DNA from: Octopus sinensis
Taxonomy: Eukaryota
NCBI RefSeq assembly: GCF_006345805.1
Contig: NC_043015.1
Span: 14,446,001 to 14,510,000 of the forward strand
Direction: 5' to 3'
Length of the DNA: 64,000 bases
Both the position numbers and the translations under genes were made by a program. The notes below the pieces were generated by a model. The model saw only the letters and a list, made by a program, of their open reading frames with translations, ran no database searches and was not told the origin of the DNA. The first letter of the stretch is position 1. Every line of letters begins with the position of its first letter. Shown here one piece after another: positions 49,860 to 63,877 of this stretch.

Positions 49860-50013
49860 TGCTGGCCACTATTCCGCTCACCGTTTCTTTACGGTGACGT
49901 GTAGCAGCCATTTTCGTCCTATAAATATTTCTTGTTGGTACACCCGGAAATAATCTCTTAGTAATATTGTAGCATATTTTTATATTTGTGTTTATCGTTA
50001 ATTATTGCCCAAA
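49860..50013. promoter_or_regulatory. Putative TM9SF2 promoter/5' UTR, possibly bidirectional
   Basis: Local CpG enrichment, TGACGT at 49895, YY1-like CAGCCATTTT at about 49905, TATAAA at 49920 and ETS-like CCGGAAAT at 49944, directly upstream of the ATG. The motif calls are pattern matches only. Confidence 0.5.
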
Positions 50014-50139
50014 ATGGTACTATTGTTTATTTATTCGTTAGTTTGCGTGTCATGTATCCCACCTATATTAAGTTTTTACCTGCCTGGACTTGCTCCCGTT
50101 ACTTACTGTGAGAAAGGTAAAACTACAGCAACATGTAGG
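50014..50139 (+). CDS. TM9SF2: Transmembrane 9 superfamily member 2, coding exon 1
   Basis: MVLLFIYSLVCVSCIPPILS (signal peptide) followed by FYLPGLAPVTYCEKGKTTATCR. aaaATGG context and a phase-0 donor GTGAGT at 50140. FYLPGLAP..C is the TM9SF2 N-terminal signature. Confidence 0.92.
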
Positions 50140-53100
50140 GTGAGTCTTGATCAAATCAAATATTTAGTTATATGTTGATTTTCAGCTGTTTAATTCTTCT
50201 AAATTATTTCTATTATACGTAAATTAGTCATCATCAAAATATCACAAAATAATTTATTGTATCCAACATTAAAATAATTTGACCGAAGTTTAATGTAACT
50301 TCTTGACATTTTCCTCTCAATGTTATTTTCATGATTATTTTTGCGTAAGTCGTAAAACTGAACAACATGAATATTTATTTATTTTGGTTTGTTAGTTAAA
50401 CTACATTTTGGGAAATATACCTGATGTATCGTTGTGTTTCACAACAAACACAGAAAAGTAAACATTTTAGAGTCGATTACTTATTAATTTCTCACTTTGA
50501 TCGAAATACATAAAACAGCATTAAAAAAAAATGTTTTTTTATTTTCTACTTTGAACTTACATTATACGAAGCTGATTATGAAGATTAACATATCAAAATA
50601 ATGTTCGAATATCTTCAGTTGGGGAATATTTGCCACACCCATTGTCACCACCTTGGTGTTTGCAATCCTTTTTCTTTTTTCCAATAGTTTTTAAAAGTAG
50701 GTTTGCACTACTCCAGTGTCAGTAAATATTACTATCAAAATGAAACCTCACAAATATGTTGATTTGTTATTATCGATCTTTATAAATCTCATTAATAACC
50801 GATTTACCTAAGTTTTTACATTCAGTTGTTTTCCTCAGCAGTCATTATTTCATTATCTAGAGATGGTGACCATTTTGTAACCCCTCCCTTTGAAAGTTCA
50901 ATTTCCACTCTTAGGCCGGACTTGGTTGTAGAAACATTAGAAAAAAAACTTTATATTATTCGTTTATCATCATAACCTCATACGAGAACTTAGGCAATTT
51001 GGTGTGTGGAGTAGAGTAAGTTAAATACATGGACATAATGGTATTATGGGTTCAAACATCTAAGCAGAACACCACTGACAACTAGTTAGTTTTTCTTTTT
51101 TAATCGTGTATTTTGTGTTAAATAGCGTCGTTGTTTATAGATTTCCAACTGGCAAATCACTACATTTCCAATTGTGAAAGTGATAGGAAGGTACAATTTG
51201 GGCGAAATAATTCCCACGAAGTAATTTTGCTCGCCGTGATTTTCTTGTTTTCGTCACACAAATACAGAAGCGCTGGTACGGCTATGTCGTTTAGAAGTTC
51301 GCCCTACAGACATGTGGTTCCATGTTTCTACTGTAACTTTGGGTTTACTTAATGCCTTATAAATGGACTTGAGGTGTTTCTCGTTTCCAGAGCCCTTTGA
51401 AAGTGAAGGTATTTTTTACCTTGTGTAAAGTAGGTGTAACCTTACAAAACAAATCATGCCGGTTAGTTGTAAAGTATTCAGTTTCTTGTCATGATTGAAG
51501 TTGGATCCATCAAATATTTTAATTACATTCCTAATTAACGTGCGCAACGCATGACTATTAACTACTTACAGTGTGTATTGAATGTTAATAGAAGAGAGAA
51601 TGATTAACAGCAAATATATGAGACATAATTACTTTCCCATCGCATTTGACTCTCTTCCATCACAGTTGTCCTCTTTCTGGTGAGGATATGAAGCTCATTG
51701 GAGACTGTATCGTGCACATGGTACCTGTACATATGTATCAAAAGAGTTTGTTGCAATAAATTATCATTGCGAACAGACATATTCTCCTATGGAAAACTAT
51801 CTTTAGTGCCAGACATTGACGTGTGACGTGGTTCGTATCAAAATAGTTGTCCATGAAAGATCTTTCTTTTTGACCTGGAAAACAACTTCTGACGAAGTAA
51901 ATACTTCCATGGGGCCCTGGAAACGAGGAAGCACTGGAATTTGCTTGTTTTATGTGTGTGTGTGTGGGGGGGGGCATGGCTGTATGATTAAGAAATTCAT
52001 TTCCCAACCACATGATTTCTGTTTTATGTCCACCAAATCCTTGTGAGTGGATTTAGTTGATAGAAACTGAGAATAGGCCGTCACTCTTAGATGGATATAC
52101 TAGTGGGTGTTATGTCTGCATGAGTCTTTACGTTTGTGTTTCTCTGAAAATCAGTGGTGACGTTTTTGTAATTTGTCCTGTCAACAAATTGTCTGCTAGG
52201 TTTGCACTTATAAAATGGTATGGAATAAGTAATATCTTACTTTGTAATTAGGTAAGGGTTACAAACAGGAAAGATATGCACTGCAAAACAATGCCTCACT
52301 AATATATTTGTATAACCCACGGCAGCATGGGAACAACATCTAAAATGAGTGATTTATATGTATATTGGGGTTGTACTGAAAGTAATGCTATTGTAAACAT
52401 AACATTTTTAATTAAGCGATATAGGTCGTTCAAATTGCTCATGTGGTAAAATAATTCTTCTTCTCTGCAAAATCACTTCTCAACATAGTCTGCATCACAA
52501 GCAATGCATTTGTGCTATCGTTTTACACGCATACACACAAACAGGTTTCTGCTTATTTTCTGTCAGCCAAACTCTTGGGTCCTCTTTGAAAAATTTCAGG
52601 TGTGCACTGTTATAGGAACCTATTTCATGACTACTTTCACCTTCTCTGTGTCATCAAATTGTTATCCCCACCTAGACTATCTTTCATTGAACTGAATGGG
52701 TAGAAGTCGGAGGGCATCAGGTAGTTAGGGGACTACTGACCAGTCCACATTGCTGATCACTTGATTTCTTGCCAAAGATGTATGTAATCATGCACTGTTG
52801 TGGTGAAATTGGACCACTTTCAGATTCTTGTTTAGTTTCTTCCTCCTAAAGGCTAGTTTAAGCTTTTTGATTGTCTCAATGTACTGCTTACTGTTCATAG
52901 TACAGGTACAGCCACATTCCAGAAAATCAAGAAGACTGATGTCCTTGTCATCTCAAAAGACAATCACCATGATTTTCTGTGCCAGTTGTCAGTTCTTGAA
53001 CTTCTTAGTCCTTGGAGAAGAGGCATGACTCTATTCCATGAACTTAATAGTTTCTAGGTAAAAAAGATACAACCTCATTTTATCCCTTGTTGCCAAATCA

Positions 53101-54199
53101 GAAAAAAAAAATGCTTGTCATTGTTTTCAGGTACTTCAAGCAGAGCTGATCAAAGCAGAGTTCATCCCTCTTTCCTTCAAATCAGGTGTCAACTGCCAAT
53201 GTACCCAAAGTCTAGTTGTACCTCAAGCTTGTTTTGGAAGGGCATCCAGCCATAGAAATCAACACAAAACTGTGATTGTGATTCATCTTTCTACATGAAT
53301 CAATTTGTTCACTTACCTGCAGTTTGTGTCAGTGGTCAAGCTGATGGTTTCCCACTGTGTGGTTTGTCTTCAGTGCTGGATTCTACTTCTTTAAACTTTC
53401 TTATCCATCTGTGTAAATTTTTCTTACCAATGGTGTCTTCTCTATAAACAATCTGTAACTTTTGCTGGGTGCTTTTAATGTGGCCCTAGCATCAGTGCTT
53501 TTTATGTGGCACCGGCATTGATATCAGTTCTGCTGTGGTGGATAGGTCTTCTTGAGTAAAGGAATGTACCAGATATCTCGGTCCTTAGTCATCTTCATAA
53601 GGCTTAGTGTCTTGAGATCGGCATTCAATACTTCATGTATATGTGTGTGTGTGTGTGTATACAGATATACATACATACATTCATTCATTATTAACTGTAC
53701 AGGTACATAAGTTACTCAAGGGCCTAAACTTTTGTACAAAACATTTAAACCTTAGGGATACTTTTAAAGCTGTAATGGTGTCTTCTGACCTCAGAAAGTC
53801 TATCCATTCACTGAATTAGCCTTACTTTAGTATTTCTATTTTTAATTATGTCTTTTGTCACACTCTATAAAGTATACAAGATTCTATGCAAATCATTTCG
53901 GGTTAAAAGTGAAGTTAAAGAGAGTGTGTTATAAGGTATTTGCTATTTTGAATACATTTGTTTCAATACCTGTCACTTTGCTGATAGTAAAAAAGCAATC
54001 TTTTAAAAAAAAAAAAGCAATCTTCAAAATGATACCTCTTAATATAAAATATATTCTGTTTGAATAGAGAGTCTTTGAAGGAAGTAGTAACTTTACTTCT
54101 ATTTTCAGCTTCAGGAAAATAGATGTTCTATGAAATGCTTTTTAATTGGGTAAATTACTGAAATTAAGACTATTTTTTTTCTGTAAAGATTTCATAAAT

Positions 54200-56130
54200 A
54201 ATCTTTTGATACTGTTTACCTCAAAACATTTGCTTCAAAAATATTTTGCTTTATATTCTGCAAACTCAGTACATACACATCATAATGAATACAGAACATG
54301 ACTAGAAATTGTAGAATGTCTTTCTGGCTGTGCTGTGGAATTCTCTTTGATCTGTAAATATTGGTGGGTTTGTTGGATTGCTCACTTTGTTGATAACAAC
54401 ATGTAATTATCCTTGCGTGACCATTGTAGTCAAACAACTCTAGTGTTTTGCTAGATTGGCATAAATAAATTGAACCAAATCCTCCTTGAAATTAATGGAA
54501 GGTGGAATCACAATGGCTTCTGAGAAAGCTGTGCCAATATTTACAATATTTGGAATCCTTCCTTCCCTCAGTTCCAGCAACTGACTAGCATGGTGGTTTA
54601 ACCTATTAAATGCAAATTGACAGTTTTTCTTGAACAACTGAGAACTTTCGTATTTGTTTGGATATGTAAAACTTTGTATTGACCCCCTAATAGAAGTTAC
54701 TGAAAATTGTTGAGCTCTATGGTTTACTGGGTGAATATGTTAAAAATTATTAGTCCTTCTTTCAAGATGTTGCTCATTGTTCATTACATTTTGAAGTGAG
54801 TGATTGATAGTGTTGAGATGTCAGTGGGCCATGGGGGTTTTGTTACACAAATAACTGAGTATCATTCTGTGAAACCAGTTGCTTCATGAGAAGATATGTG
54901 ATAGGCTGATGTAAATTTTGCTGGAATGAAAATAGGTAAACCTTCAGTAGTGTAACTGCAATTAGTAAGCACAGTTTGGTAATTTTTGCTAATAGAAGAT
55001 AGTAGCAAGTTCAGCAGAAAAGTTTTATCTGTTCCCCCTGGAACACCAGTAAATATCAGACCACCTTCATTGTAAATTTTTTTTTCTCAATTGACTCAAA
55101 AACAATCCTTTGTTATTGAGTTATTTATGTGATCATTATAATAGACTGCTGCTGAAAGATCTGTTTCATTTGGATTAGCAGGCACAGTTTGTTAATAATC
55201 TGCAGACAGAAAACCATAATAAACTGCTGAATGTTTATATTGATTCAACTAGTTATCTAGTGCACACAGCATGCTACTAAATATGGTTTCTGGTGCATTT
55301 TCAGTAGTCATTGTTTCTCTTCTGAAATGTAAATAACTTCAATAAGATTGTTGTGAAACATTTTGTATCAATTTAAAGGTTCAGGCAGGAAGTAGAAATG
55401 AAGAATTGTAATTAACAAATTCCTGAAGTGGCCTGTAGATTGAGATGCTGTTCCATTCATGCATGTGATAATTTTCAATAAGATTCAATACTTGGCAAGC
55501 TTGTTTAAAACTTTTGCATGTTATGTTGTATATTGTATGCAAATATCAAAACTTGTAGCTGTGGCTCTGTGAGGAAGCAATAATCTCAAATAGCTGAATT
55601 CTCCCTGTGATGGATGACAATATTTTTTCTAGTTGTCTGTTCTTCTTGCCAAGTCCTGTTATACGATTGCCTCTTATAAATATTCAAAGAAGTTTCAATA
55701 TAGAATATGTCTAAACATTTTTATCAAAATAATCTGTGAGTTTAGTTAATTGAGCTTGTTGAAGGACATTTTCTGTATTTGTTTTATAGGTAAAAAATTA
55801 TTTGTTGATTGGGTGTGTGAGTTTGAAAACATTCTATAGAAGATTTTTTATGGGGAATTTGAATTTAGGTGATTCAAAGTTTTCTTTGTTAATAATTTCA
55901 TCTTGCTTGTTTTCATCACTGATATCAGGAGAAACTCATTGTCGATCTCTTTCTAGTGAGAGATTGTAGAATGGAGTGTACCTCTAAATATGTATACAGA
56001 TATTTGACAGCTATCAACATTGATATCCTCTGCATATTTTTGAAGTAACCAAGCATTGTAGGAAAATATGTATCAGTTATTCACCTTACTGCCTCTGTTT
56101 CCAACTCACACATTAGCAGTATAACCTTCT
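54200..56130 (-). mobile_element. Degenerate autonomous Helitron (Rep + Pif1 helicase) in TM9SF2 intron 1; boundaries approximate
   Basis: YNAWLLQKYAEDINVDSC at about 56000-56070 (Rep C-terminal motif), GGLIFTGVPGGTDKTFL at about 55020-55070 (Walker A remnant), and SQLLELREG. Confidence 0.7.
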
Positions 56131-57115
56131 TTAGTAAGACATATAACTAGTCACACCACTTCACATATAACTAGTCACACCACTTCACATGATCATTTGT
56201 TTCTTTACTGAACCATAAAGACTATGTGTGTGTGTGTGTATTATTTGGATTGATTAGGTTCAGCAGAGACAACTTTGTTGATTTCTGACCTTGTGCTGTG
56301 AAAGAAAATGACAATTAAGTAAACCACTTTCTGAATTTCATTTGAGCTCGCATGCATGATTAATTTCCCCAAAACATTTTGTAGAAGTTGCTACCTCTTT
56401 AGTTTGAACACTTGTGCAAGGCAATCTATGGCAGCTTGATTTCTATTGAGTTATTTTGTACCCATGCAGGTAAATGTTACAAATAATGTTGGTTTCTTAA
56501 ATCTCCTTACAATATCCATGACATTTTTAGTACTGCTCTGTATCTTGGGCTGCTTGTAAACATGTTTTGGAAAATGTCTAACTTTATAATCCAATCAGTA
56601 TTGCCTGCAATGATTGTATTTGCTTGACCATTATACAGGTCTGCTTGTGCCAGTTTATAATACAAGTGAGCATATTGGATTTCGACATATCAATTAACAC
56701 AAAACTGTGCAATATATTATCCAAATCAGCTTTCTTCAATATCTGTAAGGAATAAAATTGGAGATATGTCACTTTTGAATCCTTTGGTTTGAGATGCCAT
56801 CTGTTTGAGTTACCCGGGGGAAAAAAAAAAACTGCACGGAATTATGGATACATCATGGAATCATAGGCTCAGTCAGAGTTGCTAAATACGCGAAAACTTT
56901 GCTTATCGTTCTCTTTTTGGAACCTGCTTACCAACATTCTATCAGTTTAACAAGGTTCCTTATCAATATAACAACCTTATTACATGTTCACTATCTTGTC
57001 TTTTGTCAGTATGCAATCCAATAGATATGTTTCGTGGTACTGTACTAGTGTCAGTTTGTTCTTGCACAATCAAATGATTGAAAAATAAGTGTTGTTAGCT
57101 AAAAGTATAACAGAA

Positions 57116-57498
57116 CTAGCAGTATCGCCTGGCGTTGCTCAGGTTTGTAAGGGAAATAACTATAAAGCATTTTTAGAGAGTTATAGCCAAAAAATAGCAA
57201 AAAAATGGGAAAAAAATGATGGTAAATTTTTTTGAGAGTTAAAAAAGGTGGAGTTGCGTCCCCTAGACGGTCTGCGGTTTGGGTTTCTGATTCTCGACCC
57301 CATGTCGAATTTATCGATTTTTTTCAGAACTGGGGGAACTTTTCAAAATTTTCGCTGCGTTAGTTTTGAATTATGACATTGGGCTATGTGTGTGTCAAGT
57401 TTCATCAGAATCGGTTGAAAGCCGTGGTCAGAGTGAGGATACGAGAAAACAGACACACAGAAAACGCACAGACAAACTGCCGTTTATGTAGAGAGAGA
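57116..57498 (-). mobile_element. Non-autonomous Helitron
   Basis: Minus strand A|TC...hairpin cctgagcaacgccagg (57128-57143)...CTAG|T. Confidence 0.85.
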
Positions 57499-58161
57499 TG
57501 AAGCGTACAGAAAAGAGCAGCATCAAGATTTTCTCTTTAATTATTGGCAGCCACTCTTTACATACACTGTCAAATTTCTTATTCAGAATTGTGTAAGCAA
57601 TTTTTGATATTTCAAAACATCTGTAAAGAACTTGGTGAATTCTGTAAGAGGGACAGCCTTGAGTAACTGTAGCATTATTTACTTTCATGCTACACATGGC
57701 TACAATACTGTTGAATCGCCAAATGTTTTCCTGAAAAATTTTCTATATGACAGAAGTGTGGATAATTGATGTAGTTCAAGTAAATCATTTACTTGATGAA
57801 GCAAAATACCAAAATCTGGATAGGCCAATGTTCCTCCAGTGTACATTTCTATGAACAATAATGTATTGTAATATTAGCATCTTGTCTATTAAGCCACAAC
57901 TATAATAAGTTCAAATGACTGCTGCAACTTGCATTGAATCTATGTAAATGTTATCATGCAACATTCAACATCTTTTTTTGTTTTGATGATTTATCCTATT
58001 GTTGTGTGTGTTTACCAAACCCTGATATGTCTGGTGGTAAAAGTGTTTTCTGTTGCTGCAATATGTCTGTTGAATTATTTATGAAAATATATAGATTTCA
58101 GGTCAACCTAAAACATGTAAAAGCTAAGTATAAAATTATATAAATACAAAACAGACTTATA

Positions 58162-59367
58162 TTGGGTCATCCCATAAATAATGCAGTTTTTTTTATACTG
58201 CTTTTATTTTTCAAAATTAAGATAAACAAAATTCTTTTTTAATCTAAAATATACTCCCCTTCATTTTCTACAATGTTCTTCAATATATCTGGTAGACTTG
58301 TTTGTGATAAATATTTCTCCAGTACTGTTTCTCACCTTGTCTGCAAAATTAATATTTTTTCTGTCCAAATGATTTTGAAGACTGCAAAATAAATGATAAT
58401 CAGATGGGGCAATCCAATGCCCAGCAAATATGGTGAGTGGGGCATTGTTTCCCATTCAAACTGCTCCACCCTTTGGAATGTGATCTTCACTATATGTGAC
58501 CAAGTATTATCCTGATGGACGAACACTTTTTGTCTTGAAACCAAAGATGGTTGTTTTTCTTCTAGTGCTAACTTAAGCTGCTCAAGTTGTTTGCAGTAGA
58601 TCTCCTTTGTTATTATTTGGTTTGGGTTTAAAAGTTCAAAGTGGACTAAAGCTTTCATATTCTACCATACAGATAGCAACACCTTTAGCCTGGGGCGCTG
58701 GTGTTTCTCCTTTCCCTACCCACTGTCTTCAGCACTTGACATTTTTATGGAGAACCCATTTCTCGTCACCAGTCACCATTTGATTCAAAAAGGGTTCATT
58801 CATGAGATGTGACCACAAAGAAGCGCACATATTCACTCTCTGCACACAATTAAACTCGGAAAGTTTGTGAAGAACCCATTGATCCCATTTGCTGACTTTT
58901 CCGATGGCATGCAGGTATCAAATGGTTGAATGACCAAATCCAAGCTTCCCTGTTAGTTCCTAAACAGTTACAATGGGATTTTGTTTCACCAGGGTTTGCA
59001 GGATGTCTTTGTCAAGCATTACAGATCTTCCAGGGTAAGGCTCATCTTCTAGGCTGTAGTTTCTGGCTTGGAATTTTTGGAACCACCAATTGACACTGGT
59101 TTATGCTTATTGTCTGATCCCTATATACTGCATTAATATTCCTTGCACTTTCTGTTGTGTTGTTGCCTTTATTGAACTCATAAAGCAAAACATGCCAAAT
59201 ATGCTCCTTTGTCACTTCCATTATAACTTTGAAACTGTTAAAATCGAACTGCACTCTTCAAAACTTGCACTAAGAATAAGAGAGTTGATGCAAGTAGTTT
59301 ATCCCGTCCCCTTCTGACTTTTAGTTCAGGCACTTGAAAAAACTGCATTATTTATGGGATGACCCAA
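58162..59367 (-). mobile_element. Full-length degenerate mariner (Mos1/Hsmar-like) transposon
   Basis: TIRs ttgggtcatcccataaataatgcagtttt lie at both ends with TA flanks. Transposase pieces are EHIWHVLLYEFNKG, HFELL, HQDN and APSDYHLF. Confidence 0.92.
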
Positions 59368-60200
59368 TATTTTACATTAACTTATAATTTGATTTGAGTT
59401 TTTTTCTCCTTCCACCATTATTTAAAATATTTTGTTTGGTATACTTAAGCAAAATATTCTTATTTTAATTATAATAAATATATATTACTAGATTATGCAA
59501 GGTAGTTGAAACATCTCAGTTGAGAAAGCATTAAACTGAAGATCTAAAGGGCTGTGTTTCAACCCCAGGTTTTGACCTGTTGAGAAAATTCTATTTTGTT
59601 CTTGAGATTACTACTAATTAAAATTCCTACATTTTAACTGACTTAGCAAGTGAGGGTAATAGAAGGGGAGGTTTCAGTTACATATATATACATGCTGATG
59701 CACAGCCATCATAATAAGCTTTATTGTTGAAGTATTGGGTTCATTTAGAATCTATGATGGCAATGATCTTTTCATTTGGAGTATCTTTTCTATTGATGAC
59801 TATGTATATTGTTTTTTTCCTTTGTGCTTTCTTATATAATTGTTACATTCTTATAAATTGACAGCTTTCTTATATCTTTTTGTTCATCATAATCATTTTC
59901 TAATTTTACTGATTTTGAAGTAGATTCTTGCTTTGTCCAAGGAACAATACAGTACCGGTATTAGCATACAAGCTCATGAAGCCACATCTTATCTACTTAA
60001 TCATTGGGATTTTTTAAAATTTGATCAATATACTGAGCAAATGAGATGCAGATTTATAATCCCATACTTAATATTTATTGTCCTTATCATTATTGATAAG
60101 GATACAGAAATAAATTCTTTTATTCTCAAATGTGTAATAATGCTAATAAAATAGTGCGAACAGGATAAATTATCCATACATTGCAGAAAAATATGTTACC

Positions 60201-60273
60201 GGCCAGCCACGAGACTCAAACTCACATCCCCATGATTACGTGTCAAGTGCTTTACCATTAAGCTAAACTGCCC
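60201..60273 (-). pseudogene. tRNA-like sequence (CGT anticodon, Thr-like); pseudogene or SINE head
   Basis: D arm agcttaatggtaaagc, anticodon arm cttga-cacgtaa-tcatg, degenerate T loop (tttgagt) and a mismatched acceptor stem. Confidence 0.45.
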
Positions 60274-60625
60274 AGTAATGAATTCTGCTGCAATTTTAGA
60301 ACTTATAAATTTAGCATCATAAGACGCTAACATTAAATTCAACTTACGATGAAAGTAAACAAAGTTTGTTTATTTTCATCATATCATTGTTGTATTATCT
60401 ATTGTTGTCTAGTTGTGTTGTATTAGAAAGAAATGAAGGAGAACACATTTTAGATTACTAAACCAACCTCTTGTTACTGATTTCTAGTTGTTTAACAAAC
60501 ATACTTTGGTGTCAAACTAACATGGTATTGGTCAGCCAGAAATTACACTTGCCCAAATTGCCACACAGTCAGATCAAACTTATATGCATTGTTTTGAAAT
60601 ATTATGCCAAGACGTGTTGCATGAA

Positions 60626-60848
60626 TTAACCTTTTAGCATTTAAACCAGCCATATCTGGCCAAAATATTCTACCTGTTTTATTTTGAATCCAACTGGATC
60701 GTACCTCTTGCATCTACCCTACAATGTCATTTTAAGCCTAAACAATCATATTAAAATCTTGAAGCTACAAGGTAATGCATAAATAATATGACTCTATAAG
60801 CATTGCATTTGACAGTCATTAGAGTAATTAGTAATTTGACAGAGTTAA
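60626..60848. mobile_element. piggyBac-type MITE; related copy at 62470-62699
   Basis: TTAA at both ends. The internal catttaaaccagccatatctggccaaaata is shared between the two copies. Confidence 0.65.
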
Positions 60849-60986
60849 ATGTTTTTTAAGGAATGGTTCATTAATATGTTATATAAAGGCTAGCTGTAAT
60901 TAGGAAGACAGGAATTTGTTATATTACACTGGGTATGCCATTAATAAATGATAAAAATAAAATTTCAAATTCTTCTGTATTTTCAG

Positions 60987-61054
60987 TCCGAGATACCTAT
61001 ATTTGTGAACAGACTGAATTCACCAGAAACAGTGGTACCCTATGAATACCACAG
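60987..61054 (+). CDS. TM9SF2: Transmembrane 9 superfamily member 2, coding exon 2
   Basis: Polypyrimidine-tttcAG acceptor and GTAAGT donor. The 68 nt read SEIPIFVNRLNSPETVVPYEYH in phase 0, matching the TM9SF2 FVNRLDSVESVLPYEY motif and the exon 1 phase. Confidence 0.93.
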
Positions 61055-62774
61055 GTAAGTTTTTATTTTTCTTCACAAATAATTGATAAGTATTCTCTAA
61101 ATGTTTTATTGGACTGCAGCCATGTTAGGGCATTGATTTTAGAGATCTTAATTAATTTTACCAACCAATGCTCAATGAGGTAATTATTTTATTTGCAATT
61201 AGTAAGACGCATATTAGTTGTTCAGAAATACACTAAGGCTGTTTAACTTCACTTAAATATTTATTGGCTGTAATTAGGTGTCAAAATTTTCATTGCTTGA
61301 AACTGTGACCTGGTCACTGACAATGGTACACTGCAATGTTCTGTTGTCAGTGAGCAGGTTGTGTTTCTGAATGGCTGATATGTGTTTTCCAAGCCACAAT
61401 CATTTTAGTTTCACATATGGTCTCAGATCAAATCATTTACTTGACAATTACACTTCTGTAATTATTTTATTGATCCTTAATTATCAAAAAGCTAAGTTAC
61501 ATACTTGACATAAAGGGACACTGGGACACTGATTTACACCAGTAAACACAAACACACACATACAAATATCATATGATGAGCTCCCACACAGTGTCTGTTC
61601 ATGAAATTTTATTTGTAAGTCAATGGTCAAACTGAAGATATTATAAAGAAATATGTCCAAGGTGCCAGTGCCTCTATGTAATTAAAAATCAAAAAAAAAA
61701 GTGCAGATCTTTTGAAGAAGCATCTGAATATTAAAAGTATTGATTAATGTATACAGGATAGTACAAGTATAGACATGAACTGTGTATAGATATGTTGAGT
61801 TGATAAGGACTATCAATATAGAAGACCACTCATGGCTAAGATAATAAATCCAAGTTTTACATTTATTATTATTTGAGATTTAAGTTTAGATTTGTTGTTC
61901 AACGAACTACAGTTTTATTCCTTTCTTGATTTAATTAAATTTATTTGGACATTTTGGGGAAGCTAAATTATATATTTTCATCATTGTAATTTAAAAAAAT
62001 TTGTTTAATAAACATGGCAGAACCATTTTTAACATGTTGCATTCAGAAAACATAGAAGAAAACTAGGTGGGGGATATATATTTAAATGCTGAATTTGATT
62101 TTTTTAAAGATTAGTGAGAAAAATTCAACCCAGATGGTTTAATTTCTAATGAAATTAAGTTTTGGCTTTTCTGTATGTTTAAAAAGAAGGATGATTTATT
62201 TATTAATTACCATTATTAACCTATGGCTGAATTGTTATGAGTAGTTTGAAATTTGAATTCATTCATTTAAATTATACAAAAGAAAAAGAAATGTGATTAG
62301 TGTTATAGAAAAAAAGGATTTATCAATTAAAAGTTTTTGTATTATAATTAGCATTTTAAATTTTTAGAAGTGTAATTAATGAAGAATTTAATCACAGTGT
62401 GACTCCAAAATCATGTTATTTCAAAAAAGATGTGACCTCTTGACTGATACAACTGTATCATTCAAGAGGTTAAATCTTTCACATTTAAACCAGCCATATC
62501 TGGCCAAAATAACCTACCTGCTTTATGTTCAGGCTGGTCAGGTCCAGCGCCTCTCACACCTACCCTACAATATTGTTCTAAAAGTAAACAGTCATATCAT
62601 TGAAATCTCAAAGCAACAAGATAATGCATGATTAATTCAAAGCAATGTGAGTAAATAAGCATTACATTTGATAGAGAAATGTAAATGCTAGAGAGTTAAA
62701 GTAATGACTGGACTATAGAAGATTAACATGATAAACCCGTTTGATAAAATCATTCTAGAAGTTGAAATTATTTA

Positions 62775-62950
62775 AGCTGTGTGCCACTCCCAAACAGTGG
62801 AAGGAATCTGGGGTAGAGGGAGACCCAGGAAGACATGGGATGAGGTGGTGAAGCATGACCTTCGAACATTGGGCCTCACAGAGGCAATGACGAAAGACCG
62901 AGACCTCTGGAGATATGCTGTGACTGAGAAAACCCAGCAAATAAAGTGAG
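62775..62950 (+). mobile_element. RTE LINE C-terminal fragment
   Basis: GRGRPRKTWDEVVKHDLRTLGLTEAMTKDRDLWRYAV, the same family as 27268-27450. Confidence 0.85.
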
Positions 62951-63877
62951 TTCACAGTTGTAACCTACAACAGTGTCACATAACCAGTCCACTCAAAAAG
63001 TCCACTGCTAATAAAACAATAAAATCCATTATCATCATTTTTTAATGCTAGAATGGAATATATTCCAGAGATTACTGTAAGTTAGAATTGTGAATCTTTA
63101 ACCTTTTTGATACCAACCTAACTCAAACTGCCTCTGGCTCTGTAGTACAAATGTCTTGTTTTCAAAAGTTTTGAATTCAAATCTTCCACCAAACCTTAGT
63201 CACAATTTATGTTCCTAACACTAGCTTAATAACTAATTTATTTTACTAAATTCTTTGTTATATTTAAAATTAATTGAAAAAAAACACAGAGCATCTCTAC
63301 TTTGGATGATTTTGAAAAGGGTTTGGGCATTTAATCTGAAATTACTCAAATTCAGGAGAGTATTGAAGTTCGCTTGAATCATTGTGTATTGTTTGTAAAG
63401 AATAAAAAGTTTTGAATGGTACAACAATGCACTATAATACAGATAATGGGCTATATACCTGTTGCAACTTAGTCATTCATAGTCTGATATATTTCAGATA
63501 TGATATTCCTTCTTCAGATATTCATAACTTATTTCTTATGAGCTATATTTACTCACTGTGTATTGTTTGAAAGTTTTTGACTTGTTACATGTTCCACTAC
63601 TTCTACAGCCACCATATTTAGTATACCTGTAATCATTTAATTTCCTTTCTTTTCCTTGAGTTAGAGAATAAACCTCAAAATATACAATTTTCAAATGACT
63701 GAAAACATTCAGAGAATTAAATTAAATTTATTGTTGGTTATCTAGGATTGTAAATAAATGATTAATTTTAAACATAGTGAAATCTACAGTTATAAAAGGT
63801 ACAGATGAGTGACATTAAAAATGTAAGACTTGTTAGTACTTGAACTTTATTGACACCTTGATGTAAAGATTACTATA

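Noticed and set aside
56139-56186. 24-bp exact tandem duplication (acatataactagtcacaccacttc x2)
   Set aside because: An ordinary slippage duplication with no further structure.
60201-60273. Functional tRNA-Thr gene
   Set aside because: The T loop lacks TTC and the acceptor and anticodon stems have mismatches, so it is kept only as a pseudogene or SINE head.
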